A DNA stretch of 64,000 bases, taken from the sequence record NZ_CP069608.1. One strand, given 5' to 3'. Below the pieces are notes generated by a model. It was not told the DNA's origin. It saw only the letters and a program-made list of their open reading frames with translations, and did not search any database. This DNA is from a plasmid. Below, piece after piece: positions 45,970-55,951 of the stretch (position 1 is its first letter; every line of letters begins with the position of its first letter). Position numbers and translations under genes: made by a program.

Positions 45970-46592
45970 TAATCACCTTTCTTCTGCAATATAATCTTCC
46001 TATATAACCCTTTCATCATAACATCTACGTCTTCTTGAATTTCACACTGATTTTCAACATTTTTGTAAACACTTTCAAAGGATAGCCCAATATCTGTTCC
46101 GAGCAACTTAATGAGAGGTCGAAGCATCTTTTTACCGAAAGAAAGTTGCTGATTAGTTGGTTCAAATTTATCGAAAATTAGGATCGTTCCTTTATCCTTG
46201 GTTACTCGAATCATTTCATTTAATGATTTATTGGCGTTAGGAACAACACTAAGAAGTAGGCTGGCCACAACAATATCAAACGAATTTGATTTAAAGTCTA
46301 GTTCCTGAGCATCCATCTGTAAAAACTCAATGGAACTATTTTTATATTTATCTTTTGCTTTTTGAAGCATTTCGTCTGAATAGTCAATAGCTTTCACTTG
46401 TAAGTCATCGTAGGGTATAAATGTTAAGTCTGCGCCTGTTCCAATTCCCACAAATAAAACACGTTGTTTTGGTTTAAATAAAATATTTTGAAACACTTTC
46501 TTTCTAGCTTTATAAAATGTTCCATGGTTAAAAAAAACATCATAGAAGGGTGCCCAACATCTATAAATAAACTGATTCCACTGGTTATTCAT
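45969..46592 (-). CDS. Class I SAM-dependent methyltransferase.
   Basis: Motif I VLFVGIGTGAD and post I-III motifs (DIVVASLLL, GTILIFD). Confidence 0.7.
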   Translation of the reverse strand: MNNQWNQFIYRCWAPFYDVFFNHGTFYKARKKVFQNILFKPKQRVLFVGIGTGADLTFIPYDDLQVKAIDYSDEMLQKAKDKYKNSSIEFLQMDAQELDFKSNSFDIVVASLLLSVVPNANKSLNEMIRVTKDKGTILIFDKFEPTNQQLSFGKKMLRPLIKLLGTDIGLSFESVYKNVENQCEIQEDVDVMMKGLYRKIILQKKGD

Positions 46593-46652
46593 CCTATTTC
46601 CTCCTTATAAAAAGGGCTTTCCAACTATCGATGGAAAGCCACTACATGATGT

Positions 46653-49343
46653 TTATTCTTTCATTTTTAATATTCGAAGACTATTTAAGATAACGAGTAA
46701 GGCGGCTCCTGTATCACTGAGGACAGCAATCCAAAGCGTTAACCAACCAGGGAAAATAAATACTAAAGCAATTACTTTGATAATAATCGAAAACCAAATG
46801 TTTTGTTTGATAACCGTCAATGCTTTTCGACTTAATTTCATGGTATGAGGTAGCTTTTCTAAGTTATCCGCCATCAATACAATATCTGCTGTCTCCATAG
46901 CTGTGTCTGTACCTGCACCACCCATTGCAATTCCAAGGTCTGCTGTCGCCAATGCAGGGGCATCATTAATGCCGTCTCCAACCATAGCTGTTTTATAACC
47001 TTCGCTTTGTAACTGCTTGATTGCTGTTACTTTATCTTCAGGTAGAAGGTCTGCAAAATAGCGATTTACACCTGACTGAGAGGCAATCATTTTTGCTGTA
47101 CCTTCATTATCGCCTGTTAACATGACAATTTGTTCAATTCCATTTTGTTTAAGGCTATCTAAAGCTGATATCGTTGTTTTTCTGATGATATCAGCTACTC
47201 CTACAATTCCTAACACTTCTTCTTTTGTTCCCACAATAATAATGGTTTTTCCTTCAGTTTGAAGCTTTTCAATATGTGTTAAAGAATTAGATAATGGTGT
47301 TCCTATATCTGAGAATAAATTTGCATTCCCAGCATAATAGATAGTTCCATCAATTGTTGCTTGCACACCTTTACCTGTTATACTTTTAAAATTTGAACCT
47401 TCTAAAGAAGTAATATCTTGATTATCAGCATGGGCAACAATTGCTCGTGCAATTGGATGATTTGAATACTCTTCTAACGTTTTAGTGATGGATAGAAGCT
47501 GTTCTTCTGTAGAAGTATAAGGAATTACGTTTGAAACGGCTGGTTTACCTTCCGTAAGCGTACCAGTCTTATCAAAAGCAATTGCGCTTATAGCTCCTGC
47601 TTTTTCTAAGAATGTTCCACCTTTTATAAGGACACCATTCTTAGCCGCATTACCAATAGCTGATACAATAGCCACTGGCGTAGAAATAACCAACGCACAA
47701 GGACATGCTACTACTAATAATTCAAGCCCTTTGTAGAACCAGTCACCCCATGATCCACCGAATAAAGGAGGGACCACCATCACTAATAAAGCTAGGATAA
47801 AAACAATAGGTGTATAAATCGTTGCAAATTTATCGACAAATGCTTGAGTTGGAGCTTTCTTTTCTTGAGCTTCTTCAACCAAGTGAATAATTTTAGAAAT
47901 GGTCGTGTCTTCTACCAGTTTTGTCACTTTGATTTCTAATGAACCACTCTCATTAATTGTTCCAGCATAAACAGTATCGCCAATTTCTTTATCAACTGGA
48001 ATCGATTCACCAGTAATAGGGGCTTGATTAATACTAGATTCTCCTTTTACTACTTCTCCATCTAAAGGAATTCGATCTCCCGGTTTGACCACAATGATAT
48101 TTCCTATAGATACTTCTTCTACGGCTTTTTTTAGCAATTGGTCACCTTGTTTTACCCAAGCTTCAGGAGGAGCTAAATCCATTAAGTTTCGTATCGAATT
48201 CCTTGTTTGTTCGATGGACCTAGTTTGTAATGCTACTCCTAGGGCAAATAGCCATACAACTGTAGCACCTTCGAGCCATTCACCAATAATAGCAGCTCCA
48301 AGCGCTGCAACGGTCATTAATACATTCATATCTAATGAACGACTTTTAACAGCATAAAAAGCACTTTTAGCAGGCTTATATCCACTAATGACCATAGCTA
48401 CTGCATACATAATGTTATTAATAAAAGGAGAAACCCCTGTATAAGAGCCGATGAAACCTAACGCGATAAGAATTCCTGAAAAAATAATAGGTCCATTTTT
48501 TCCTTTATTATGATTTGTTTCGACAGCTTTTCTATTATTAGTTAGTAAAGTCGCGGTATATCCTGCTTTAGAGACTTCCTTAATAATTTCTTCTACATCA
48601 TTATCATGGTCAATCTGTGCTTTTCCCGTTGAAAAGTTCACACTGACATCTTTAACAGCAGGTACAGTCTTTAAATGATTAACAATTGTGTTCGCACAAG
48701 CAGCACAATCCATTCCTTCAATCAAATAAGTTTTCATTCGCTTATTTTGATTGATTGGCTCAATACTAAAACCTAGTTTCTCAACTCGGTTTGGGATAGG
48801 GGAAAAAGCCAATTGGTTGTTTGCTACTACTTGCAATTTTCCTGTGCTGTAATTTACTTTTACATCTTGTATATCGTCTAAAGTTCTTAGACTTTTTTCA
48901 ATTGTAGCAGCACAAGCTGGACAATCCATTCCAAACACTCGATATTCGCTTTTTTCTCCAGTTCCATTTGTAACAAGTTCTTTGTCTTCAGAAGCATTAC
49001 TGTCACTGCTACAACAACTTGACTTATGTTGTAGATTTTCTTCTTTGGTTAAGGCAACACTATCTGAACTGCAGCAACTATCTAGCTTTACATTGTTTGA
49101 TGAAGCATTTGAAGCATTACTGCTACAACAATTTGATTGTGGTTCTTCATGTTTTTCCTCAACTGCTGAGGAGTTATTTGAACTACAACAGCTCGATTTC
49201 TTCTGGAGATTTTCCTCTTTTATTAAAGGAATAATATTTGAGCTACAGCAACTATCGCTTTTCACTTCATCTTTTAGCTTATTTGAAGGATTGCTACTGC
49301 AACAACTCTTATTTGATTCATCTTGTACATTTTTAGGTGCCAT
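46653..49343 (-). CDS. cadA: Cd/Zn/Pb-translocating P1B-type ATPase with an N-terminal CCSS-repeat region and two HMA domains.
   Basis: GMDCPACA and GMDCAACA. CPC motif ACPCALVISTP. DKTGTLT. GDGINDAPAL. Start assigned to MAPKNV (ATG 49341-49343). Confidence 0.85.
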   Translation of the reverse strand: MAPKNVQDESNKSCCSSNPSNKLKDEVKSDSCCSSNIIPLIKEENLQKKSSCCSSNNSSAVEEKHEEPQSNCCSSNASNASSNNVKLDSCCSSDSVALTKEENLQHKSSCCSSDSNASEDKELVTNGTGEKSEYRVFGMDCPACAATIEKSLRTLDDIQDVKVNYSTGKLQVVANNQLAFSPIPNRVEKLGFSIEPINQNKRMKTYLIEGMDCAACANTIVNHLKTVPAVKDVSVNFSTGKAQIDHDNDVEEIIKEVSKAGYTATLLTNNRKAVETNHNKGKNGPIIFSGILIALGFIGSYTGVSPFINNIMYAVAMVISGYKPAKSAFYAVKSRSLDMNVLMTVAALGAAIIGEWLEGATVVWLFALGVALQTRSIEQTRNSIRNLMDLAPPEAWVKQGDQLLKKAVEEVSIGNIIVVKPGDRIPLDGEVVKGESSINQAPITGESIPVDKEIGDTVYAGTINESGSLEIKVTKLVEDTTISKIIHLVEEAQEKKAPTQAFVDKFATIYTPIVFILALLVMVVPPLFGGSWGDWFYKGLELLVVACPCALVISTPVAIVSAIGNAAKNGVLIKGGTFLEKAGAISAIAFDKTGTLTEGKPAVSNVIPYTSTEEQLLSITKTLEEYSNHPIARAIVAHADNQDITSLEGSNFKSITGKGVQATIDGTIYYAGNANLFSDIGTPLSNSLTHIEKLQTEGKTIIIVGTKEEVLGIVGVADIIRKTTISALDSLKQNGIEQIVMLTGDNEGTAKMIASQSGVNRYFADLLPEDKVTAIKQLQSEGYKTAMVGDGINDAPALATADLGIAMGGAGTDTAMETADIVLMADNLEKLPHTMKLSRKALTVIKQNIWFSIIIKVIALVFIFPGWLTLWIAVLSDTGAALLVILNSLRILKMKE

Positions 49344-49374
49344 TTCTTCCAACTCCTCATATAGTAAGAAAAGC

Positions 49375-49734
49375 TTAAAGCGTAATTTCTTCCTTCTCAG
49401 TAAACATGACTTCAATCAACTGCTTAATATGTTCATCATTCAAAGAATAGAAAGCTAGTTTTCCTTCTTTACGGTAGCTTGCAATTCCCATATTACGAAG
49501 AAGTCTCAAATGATGAGAAGCTGTTGCTACTGTAGATCCAACAATATTAGCTACGTCACAAACACATAATTCTTCCCCCTTATACAAAGCAAGGACAATC
49601 TTCAATCTTGTTTCATCTGCTAAAGCTTTTAGGGTTTTTGTTACATCTTGAGCTTCCTTAACATCTATAGAAGACTTAATACGATTAACTTTTTCTTCGT
49701 TATAACAATAAATATCGCAGCGATCTTTTGCCAT
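49375..49734 (-). CDS. cadC: ArsR/SmtB-family metalloregulator, CadC-like.
   Basis: N-terminal Cys pair (CDIYC), metal-site CVCDV, and HTH STVATASHHLRLL. AAGGAGG ribosome-binding site before the MAKDRC start. Confidence 0.8.
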   Translation of the reverse strand: MAKDRCDIYCYNEEKVNRIKSSIDVKEAQDVTKTLKALADETRLKIVLALYKGEELCVCDVANIVGSTVATASHHLRLLRNMGIASYRKEGKLAFYSLNDEHIKQLIEVMFTEKEEITL

Positions 49735-49757
49735 AATTTCCTCCTTATATTCAAACA

Positions 49758-49830
49758 TTCAAATGTGTATTTGTTTATAATATATGCCATTTTTTAAAAA
49801 TGTTCAAATGTTTATTTGATTATTTTAATT
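49758..49830 (-). promoter_or_regulatory. cad promoter with two CadC-type operators.
   Basis: TCAAATGTTTATTTGA (49804-49819) and TCAAATGTGTATTTG (49758-49772). TTGAAC-17-TATATT on the minus strand. Confidence 0.4.
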
Positions 49831-49921
49831 ATATTTTTAAACTAGCACTAAATTACCGATAAAAAAGCATATGTTGGATATTAGGGGATAGTTTAAGGTT
49901 GATAGCAAAAGGGGGAAAGAC

Positions 49922-50173
49922 ATGAAATGTCTTAAAGCATTGAAAGTATTTTATGTACTTTTAGCTGTAGTGGGAGCCATTCTAGCTATCGTTTCTTACT
50001 TTCAGCATTCACTTTACTTGAAGTCATTTGGTCTTGTTTTGTTAGGAGCATCACTCGTTTTTAATGGTTACGCTACTCATTTAGAGTGGAAAGGAAAGGG
50101 ACCCTTTCTTTACATGGGTATAGGCCTAATAGTGATTGTGATAGCTATAGGTGGTTTTACTGAGGCATGGTAA
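49922..50173 (+). CDS. Small membrane protein.
   Basis: Three hydrophobic segments within 83 aa. Confidence 0.3.
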   Translation: MKCLKALKVFYVLLAVVGAILAIVSYFQHSLYLKSFGLVLLGASLVFNGYATHLEWKGKGPFLYMGIGLIVIVIAIGGFTEAW

Positions 50174-50413
50174 CTATTCTTTATTAAAGAAGGAAGGTCT
50201 ATAGAAATAGAAAATATGTTGAATGTTTTAGGTTCCAACATCTAAGAACAACCAAACTATCCTCATTTTCAGCAAAGGTTTCTTACTATTATTATCTCTT
50301 TTATAAGTGAGTGCCGTTATTTCTGCTGAAAATCTATAAAACATAGGTATGATTGCCTTTTCATCGAATAGGTTAATTGTAAATAACAATATAGCCGAAA
50401 GGAAGTAACAATT

Positions 50414-51139
50414 ATGCACATAGAAATGAATTTATTATTCACTTTAGGTTCATTACTTGGCTTGTTAGTAGGCGGTGGCCTCCTTAAAATAGTGAGCTAT
50501 GTAGTTCAGGGAAGGATCCAGTTTATGTATGCCATTTGTGGAGGAATCTTATTAGGATTATTGTTATTTGATATCCTTCCCTCTACTTGGCATATATACG
50601 ACCTAAAAGGAGTACTATTGGGAATTGTTGCAGGATATATCGTAATGCTATGTATTGATCTCTTTTTGCATAAGAAAAATAGTGAAATTTCACCTTTACA
50701 AGCACTCATTTTATTAACAGTTGCTATATTCTTTCATAATGTAATTACTGGAATTACATTTGGTATAACCGATATACATGAATCAACTTCTGTATTTGTA
50801 GCCACCATTTTACACCAGGTCCCAGAGGGCATGGCGATCATGACTGTTCTTTCCGTAGCAAAAGTCCCTCAATTATTCTTCTTACTAATTGTAGCCTTCT
50901 TATCTCTATCCTTAGGTGGGAGTTTATTGATTGGAGAAAGCGTACAAGCTTCCTCACTTAAATTACAAGCTTTATCGACCGGGGGAGCAATCGGAACATT
51001 GTCCTTTGTTATCTTTCATGAAGTAATAGGCAAGGCTGTGATTCATTTCAGACGTCTACATGTATGGATGCTTATAGGCTTAGGAGTATTAATTATTTAC
51101 GTTTATCAGTATTCTCTTTCATTGTTTCACGGTCATTAA
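50414..51139 (+). CDS. ZIP-family metal permease (ZupT-like).
   Basis: HNVITGI and HQVPEG signature helices. 7-8 TM helices. Confidence 0.6.
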   Translation: MHIEMNLLFTLGSLLGLLVGGGLLKIVSYVVQGRIQFMYAICGGILLGLLLFDILPSTWHIYDLKGVLLGIVAGYIVMLCIDLFLHKKNSEISPLQALILLTVAIFFHNVITGITFGITDIHESTSVFVATILHQVPEGMAIMTVLSVAKVPQLFFLLIVAFLSLSLGGSLLIGESVQASSLKLQALSTGGAIGTLSFVIFHEVIGKAVIHFRRLHVWMLIGLGVLIIYVYQYSLSLFHGH

Positions 51140-51252
51140 TGGGATTTTATTTTTAGTTGTTTTAAAAACGCCAAGAATGATGAATATACCTTGTAGGCTG
51201 AACTTTTCCCTACTATTATAGAATTAGTTACTAAAATAAATAGTAGGAAAGG

Positions 51253-51786
51253 ATGTTTCAGTTGCATAAAAGGTCTCTATTTGTACTAATCATGTTAGTC
51301 GTTAGTTTTATCTCGGTGGCTTGTTCAAACACAAACGAAGAAAAGGTAAGCAAAGAAACAACAAGCCAAACAAAGAAAGACCACGAACAGCACTCAGAAG
51401 TCGCTAGTGGTGATATTAGAGAAGAAACAACAAGTAATGGAGTTTTACCTGAATTTTTAAAAGATAAATCGGAAGATATGCAAGTCATTTATGCAGATGC
51501 TGCACAAAACAAAGAGCTATTAGAGAATATTCCATGTTACTGTGGCTGTGGTGAATCTGCAGGGCACAAAAATAACTATGATTGCTTCATCTATAAGAAT
51601 AAAGAAGATGGAAAGGTAGTATGGGATGACCATGGAACAAAATGTGGTGTTTGTCTCGAGATTGCAGCTCAGTCAGTTTCTGATTTGAAATCCGGCAAAT
51701 CAATTAAACAAATTCGTCAATCAATTGATGAAAAATATAAAAGTGGTTATGCTAAACCAACACCAACACCAACTCCAGAGGTTTAA
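51253..51786 (+). CDS. Lipoprotein with a PCYCGCGE...NYDCF Cys motif and a TPTPTPEV tail.
   Basis: Lipobox SVAC. Paralogue of ORF 53511-54008. Confidence 0.5.
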   Translation: MFQLHKRSLFVLIMLVVSFISVACSNTNEEKVSKETTSQTKKDHEQHSEVASGDIREETTSNGVLPEFLKDKSEDMQVIYADAAQNKELLENIPCYCGCGESAGHKNNYDCFIYKNKEDGKVVWDDHGTKCGVCLEIAAQSVSDLKSGKSIKQIRQSIDEKYKSGYAKPTPTPTPEV

Positions 51787-52004
51787 AATCCCTTTTATAA
51801 AAGGAGAGAATGATGATAGTATTCCTTATCTTGATGGCTTGTTTTGGATTAACTTTAACCCTTTTAGGCTTATGGTTTGTAATTAAAGATGGTAAGAGGA
51901 ATATAAAAAATAATTGGAAAGAAAGGTAAAGAGATTAGAAGTTTTATTTATGGAGGAATAGTGATTGTTTAAATTACTTTTTTTTGGAAAATATAAAGTA
52001 TTTT

Positions 52005-53339
52005 GGTTCATCACCAAAAGTTGTACTTGCACCTGTCATGAAAGTATGTTAGCTGTTTCTAGCCGAACCCGCAATGCAAAACGCTGGATATTTCTGTATC
52101 CGTATCCCCGACGTTTCATCAGCTTGATCTTGTTATTTGTTCCCTCCATTTTCCCATTTGAATAAGGGGATAAAATGCACGATATGATTTCGTCTGTTCG
52201 TTTGACGAGTGATTTTGCGATGGCGCGAACAGCAGAACAAGGACAAAACAAATACCGATGAACCCAGGCGTTCAAACGACGTTTCGCTTGTCGCTCGTTT
52301 TGGCTTTTGGATACATAACGAAAATGTTGAAGGGATTGATAGACAGCCTGCAAGGAATCGCTCTCTTTCTGCCACTCCCGCACCGTTTGGCGTTCCTCCT
52401 CGGTGAGCTTCTCGGGGCGCTGGGTCAATAAGCGGCAAACATACCGGACATGCCCATGTTTCTTGTTCCCTTTTCCGAAGGATTTGCGGCATCGATCCAA
52501 CGCTTCCGTAAACAATTGAATCACATGAAAATAATCGACCACATGCTTCGCTTCCGGACACGCCCCTTGAATCGCTTTTTTCATCGCTGGAGCCAAATCG
52601 CTCACGACATACTGAACAGAATCAGACACAGGAGCCAACACACGTCCAATGGCTTCCTCGTTCTTTCCTGCTTCAACGGCATACACTTCTCCCGTTTCGG
52701 CATCCATGATCGCCACTCCGTAATCATGCCCTTTTCGAAACGCAAACTCATCGACACAAACTGCCTTTGGTTGGATGTCATTCGATAGGAAGGAAGGGGC
52801 ATGGGTATAAAACCAACGTTCCACGGTCGTGTAAGGAAGCTTGAGCATACGAGCCACCGCCTGAATGGATGTTCCGATGCAAGATTGCGCCACCCATTGC
52901 TGAAACGCATCCGTCGCTACACTTCGAGGGGAAATTCCGGGATAAGACGTGCTGAATGTCATGCCACATGTACCACAACGTCTACGCTCCACAGGGAGTT
53001 CCACCCAAAAGATGCCGATCCGTTGAGCATACCCATGCATCCATTGCTTCTTTTTGCCTGTCATTTTGATTGTACGCTTCAAGCAGACAGGACATAATGG
53101 GCATTGTTCGGGTAGAGAAAGTTCGAAAATCCAACGTTCTTCTTCTTTTCGCACCTTTTGAATCAAAACATCTGGTAAATCGATGAGTTCTTTGATAAAC
53201 TGAGCGTACATGCGAATTTTCCTCCAATGGTTTGGTTTGGTCACCTTTACCATACAGGAAAATTCGCATTTTTTGTATCCTCTATTTTCCCTATGCATAC
53301 CTATCTTAAAATCTCAAGTACAACTTGTGGTGAAGAGCC
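52005..53339 (-). mobile_element. ISL3-family insertion sequence (1335 bp) with 25-bp imperfect inverted repeats and an 8-bp target-site duplication.
   Basis: IRL GGTTCATCACCAAAAGTTGTACTTG. IRR reverse-complement GGCTCTTCACCACAAGTTGTACTTG. AGTATTTT direct repeats at 51997-52004 and 53340-53347. Markedly higher GC than the flanks. Confidence 0.8.
52036..53211 (-). CDS. ISL3-family DDE transposase.
   Basis: N-terminal zinc-finger (CPLCPVC...CGTCG) and a DDE_Tnp_ISL3-like core. Start taken at MYAQFIKE after a GGAGG ribosome-binding site. Confidence 0.85.
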   Translation of the reverse strand: MYAQFIKELIDLPDVLIQKVRKEEERWIFELSLPEQCPLCPVCLKRTIKMTGKKKQWMHGYAQRIGIFWVELPVERRRCGTCGMTFSTSYPGISPRSVATDAFQQWVAQSCIGTSIQAVARMLKLPYTTVERWFYTHAPSFLSNDIQPKAVCVDEFAFRKGHDYGVAIMDAETGEVYAVEAGKNEEAIGRVLAPVSDSVQYVVSDLAPAMKKAIQGACPEAKHVVDYFHVIQLFTEALDRCRKSFGKGNKKHGHVRYVCRLLTQRPEKLTEEERQTVREWQKESDSLQAVYQSLQHFRYVSKSQNERQAKRRLNAWVHRYLFCPCSAVRAIAKSLVKRTDEIISCILSPYSNGKMEGTNNKIKLMKRRGYGYRNIQRFALRVRLETANILS

Positions 53340-53510
53340 AGTATTTTATTATAAATAAATGAGAATAAACATTTTGAAGAAGTCTTTACGGTTTTTAAGT
53401 AAAGACTTCTTTCTTTTATAAAATTGTGAACAAACAGTGACATAGCTTGCTGTTTGGACTGCTACTATTTATGATTATAGAGCTAGTAATAATAATATAC
53501 GGAAGAAAGG

Positions 53511-54008
53511 ATGCTTAGATTGTTTAAAAAACTTTTATTTTTATCAGCAGTATTAATAATCACTACTATATGGGTTATTTTACCAAATGCGAATATAGGA
53601 AAAGATGCTCAAATAAATAATAACACAGCAGATGCTAGTGAGGATGTCAGGGAAGAGACAGAGAGCCAAACCTTACCTACATTTTTGAGTGAGAAACCTG
53701 ACAATATAAAAATAGTCTATACAGAAGTTTCGAAAAACAAAAAGTTATTGGAGAATATTCCATGTTATTGTGGCAGTGGGGAAGCAGAAGGTCATAAGAG
53801 TAACTACGATTGTTTTATTAAAGAGAACAAAGATAACGGTAGAGTAGTATGGGATGATCATGCAACAAAGTCTCGAATCTGTCCAAATATTGCGTCTCAA
53901 GCGATTGTAGACTATAACGATGGAAAATCAATCAAGGAAATTCGCCAGGGTGTTGAGGATAAGTTTAAAGAAGGATACCCTAATCCTACTCCAACTCCTG
54001 AAGTATGA
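53511..54008 (+). CDS. Secreted/lipoprotein paralogue with a PCYCGSGE...NYDCF motif.
   Basis: About 60% identical to ORF 51253-51786 over the C-terminal 110 aa. Confidence 0.5.
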   Translation: MLRLFKKLLFLSAVLIITTIWVILPNANIGKDAQINNNTADASEDVREETESQTLPTFLSEKPDNIKIVYTEVSKNKKLLENIPCYCGSGEAEGHKSNYDCFIKENKDNGRVVWDDHATKSRICPNIASQAIVDYNDGKSIKEIRQGVEDKFKEGYPNPTPTPEV

Positions 54009-54175
54009 TTCTAAATTGAGCAACAATCGTAAAATTATACACACTAAAAAGCCAGCAGATACTATTAATCGTCTGGCTTTTTCAATTAAGAACAAGTAGA
54101 ATTTTAAGAACAATATTAGGATTCTTCTCACCATCTTACCTAGAAGCAGCTACTATAGTGTGTTAACAAGGAATG

Positions 54176-54230
54176 TTGACACATTAATCTTGAAATGCAT
54201 ATAATCAATATATGAACAATTGTTCATATA
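54176..54230 (+). promoter_or_regulatory. Sigma-A-type promoter (TTGACA-18-TATAAT) followed by a 22-bp perfect palindrome operator.
   Basis: TTGACA 54176-54181, TATAAT 54200-54205, TATATGAACAATTGTTCATATA 54209-54230. Confidence 0.5.
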
Positions 54231-54338
54231 TTCACCTTAATGAAAACATGTTCAGGTAGATTACAGTTAACAACTATACTACGTATATTAAAAGTTTAAC
54301 TATTTAAAATCCTGAATATGCATATAGGAGGGAGAAAA

Positions 54339-54680
54339 ATGTCAGATTTTTTTAGACGTTTATTAGGTGATCATCATGACGACCATCACCGTCGACATGG
54401 GCATCACGGGGACCATCACGGGCATCACGATGACCATCACGGGCATCAGGATTATTATGAAGAGCCTCGTCCATATCGATATGAGGACCCAAGAACTACA
54501 CCAAGGCCTTCAAATATGATTGTTTGTCGGCGCTGTAATGCTTCTAATGATGTGAGTCATAAGTTTTGTTATGAATGTGGAGATCGGCTTCAAAAAGATC
54601 CTGTACTTTGTCCAAAATGCAATAATACTGTAATGGCACACGCAAAATTTTGTCAGCAGTGTGGAACATCTATTAGATGA
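54339..54680 (+). CDS. His-rich N-terminus plus double zinc-ribbon protein.
   Basis: GDHHDDHHRRHGHHGDHHGHHDDHHGH followed by CRRC...CYEC...CPKC...CQQC. Confidence 0.5.
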   Translation: MSDFFRRLLGDHHDDHHRRHGHHGDHHGHHDDHHGHQDYYEEPRPYRYEDPRTTPRPSNMIVCRRCNASNDVSHKFCYECGDRLQKDPVLCPKCNNTVMAHAKFCQQCGTSIR

Positions 54681-54958
54681 ACAAAACCTTCTCTTCTTAC
54701 AACCTGAAGAGAAGGTTTTGTCATTAAAAGCTAATTTTATTTACCTATACTATAAAGAGCACATATTTATTTTGTTTTTAAAACATCAAAACAACTACTC
54801 ATTAGGCTTTCCATATATTAAATTAAAGATGCGAAATTAACCTTTCACGCACTTTACAGCTTGATTTAGAAACCCGAAGTCTTGTGTTATGGTTTCAAAG
54901 AGACAAATCTGAAACAGATGCTAAATTCTCATTAGCATAAAGTAGAGAAATTGTATTT

Positions 54959-55951
54959 TTATTCTTTGCCATTCCAGTTCTTATCAATGTCAAACATTTC
55001 TTCTCCATGGGCATGTTGTTCGTCCTCTACTTGAATTGTCACGTGACCAATTTGAAACTTTTTCTCTAGAACTTGTTCAATGTTACGAATAATGTTCATA
55101 GTTTCTCGAACTGTGATACTTCCATCTACTTCAATATGACTACTCATCGCGTTTTTATTCGAAGTTAAACTCCAAATATGAAGATCATGAATGTCTTTAA
55201 CATCTGGTATAGATTTAATTTCTGTTTCTACTTCTGAAAATTCGATTCCAGCAGGGGTGCCTTCCATTAATACAACATAGGTTTCTTTTATGATACGCCA
55301 CGCCCCAACTGCCACAAGTAGGGCAATTAAAATACTTAAAATAGGATCTAGAATGTACCACTGTGTAAAATACATAATTATACCTGCTACAATAACCCCT
55401 GCTGAAGCTGCAGCATCACCCATTACGTGAAGCATGGCACTTCGAATGTTTACGTTGTCAGCTTGATTTTTCATACCTAGACCTATGTAAAGGTTTACAA
55501 CAAGTCCAATCCCTGCGGTAATAAATAAAACAGTTCCTTGAACGGGTTCGGGATTTGTAATACGTTTATAAGCTTCTCCACCAATAAAGATGGCTATTCC
55601 AATTAATGTTAATGCATTTAAAAGCGCGGCAAGTATCGTAATACGGTGATAGCCGTATGTCATAGAAGGCGAAGGGGGATTCAACGACATTCGAATGGCT
55701 AGCCAGGCCACAATTAGTGAGGCCACGTCGGTTAACATGTGCCCAGCATCACTTAATAAAGCCAAGCTATTTGCTAAAAAACCGCCTATCACTTCTGCAA
55801 TTAATACTAATAAGCCTAAAAAGATTGCTTTTTTTAATTTGTCTTGTGCAACGTGAACATGTCCCATTCCATGAGCATGTTCATCATGGTTATCATTATG
55901 TTGATGAACATGCCCGTTATTTTCTAGAATTTTCTCCATCATATCCTCCAT
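54959..55951 (-). CDS. czcD: Cation diffusion facilitator (CzcD-like Zn/Co/Cd efflux).
   Basis: CDF signature in TM2 (SDAGHMLTD) and TM5. His-rich N- and C-termini. Confidence 0.8.
   Translation of the reverse strand: MEDMMEKILENNGHVHQHNDNHDEHAHGMGHVHVAQDKLKKAIFLGLLVLIAEVIGGFLANSLALLSDAGHMLTDVASLIVAWLAIRMSLNPPSPSMTYGYHRITILAALLNALTLIGIAIFIGGEAYKRITNPEPVQGTVLFITAGIGLVVNLYIGLGMKNQADNVNIRSAMLHVMGDAAASAGVIVAGIIMYFTQWYILDPILSILIALLVAVGAWRIIKETYVVLMEGTPAGIEFSEVETEIKSIPDVKDIHDLHIWSLTSNKNAMSSHIEVDGSITVRETMNIIRNIEQVLEKKFQIGHVTIQVEDEQHAHGEEMFDIDKNWNGKE

Noticed and set aside
49019-49458. Plus-strand ORFs of 71 and 158 aa opposite the cadA 5-prime region.
   Set aside because: Antisense to the CCSS nucleotide repeats. 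Artefactual.
52133-53269. Several 60-140 aa ORFs on both strands inside the ISL3 element.
   Set aside because: High-GC shadow ORFs overlapping the transposase gene.
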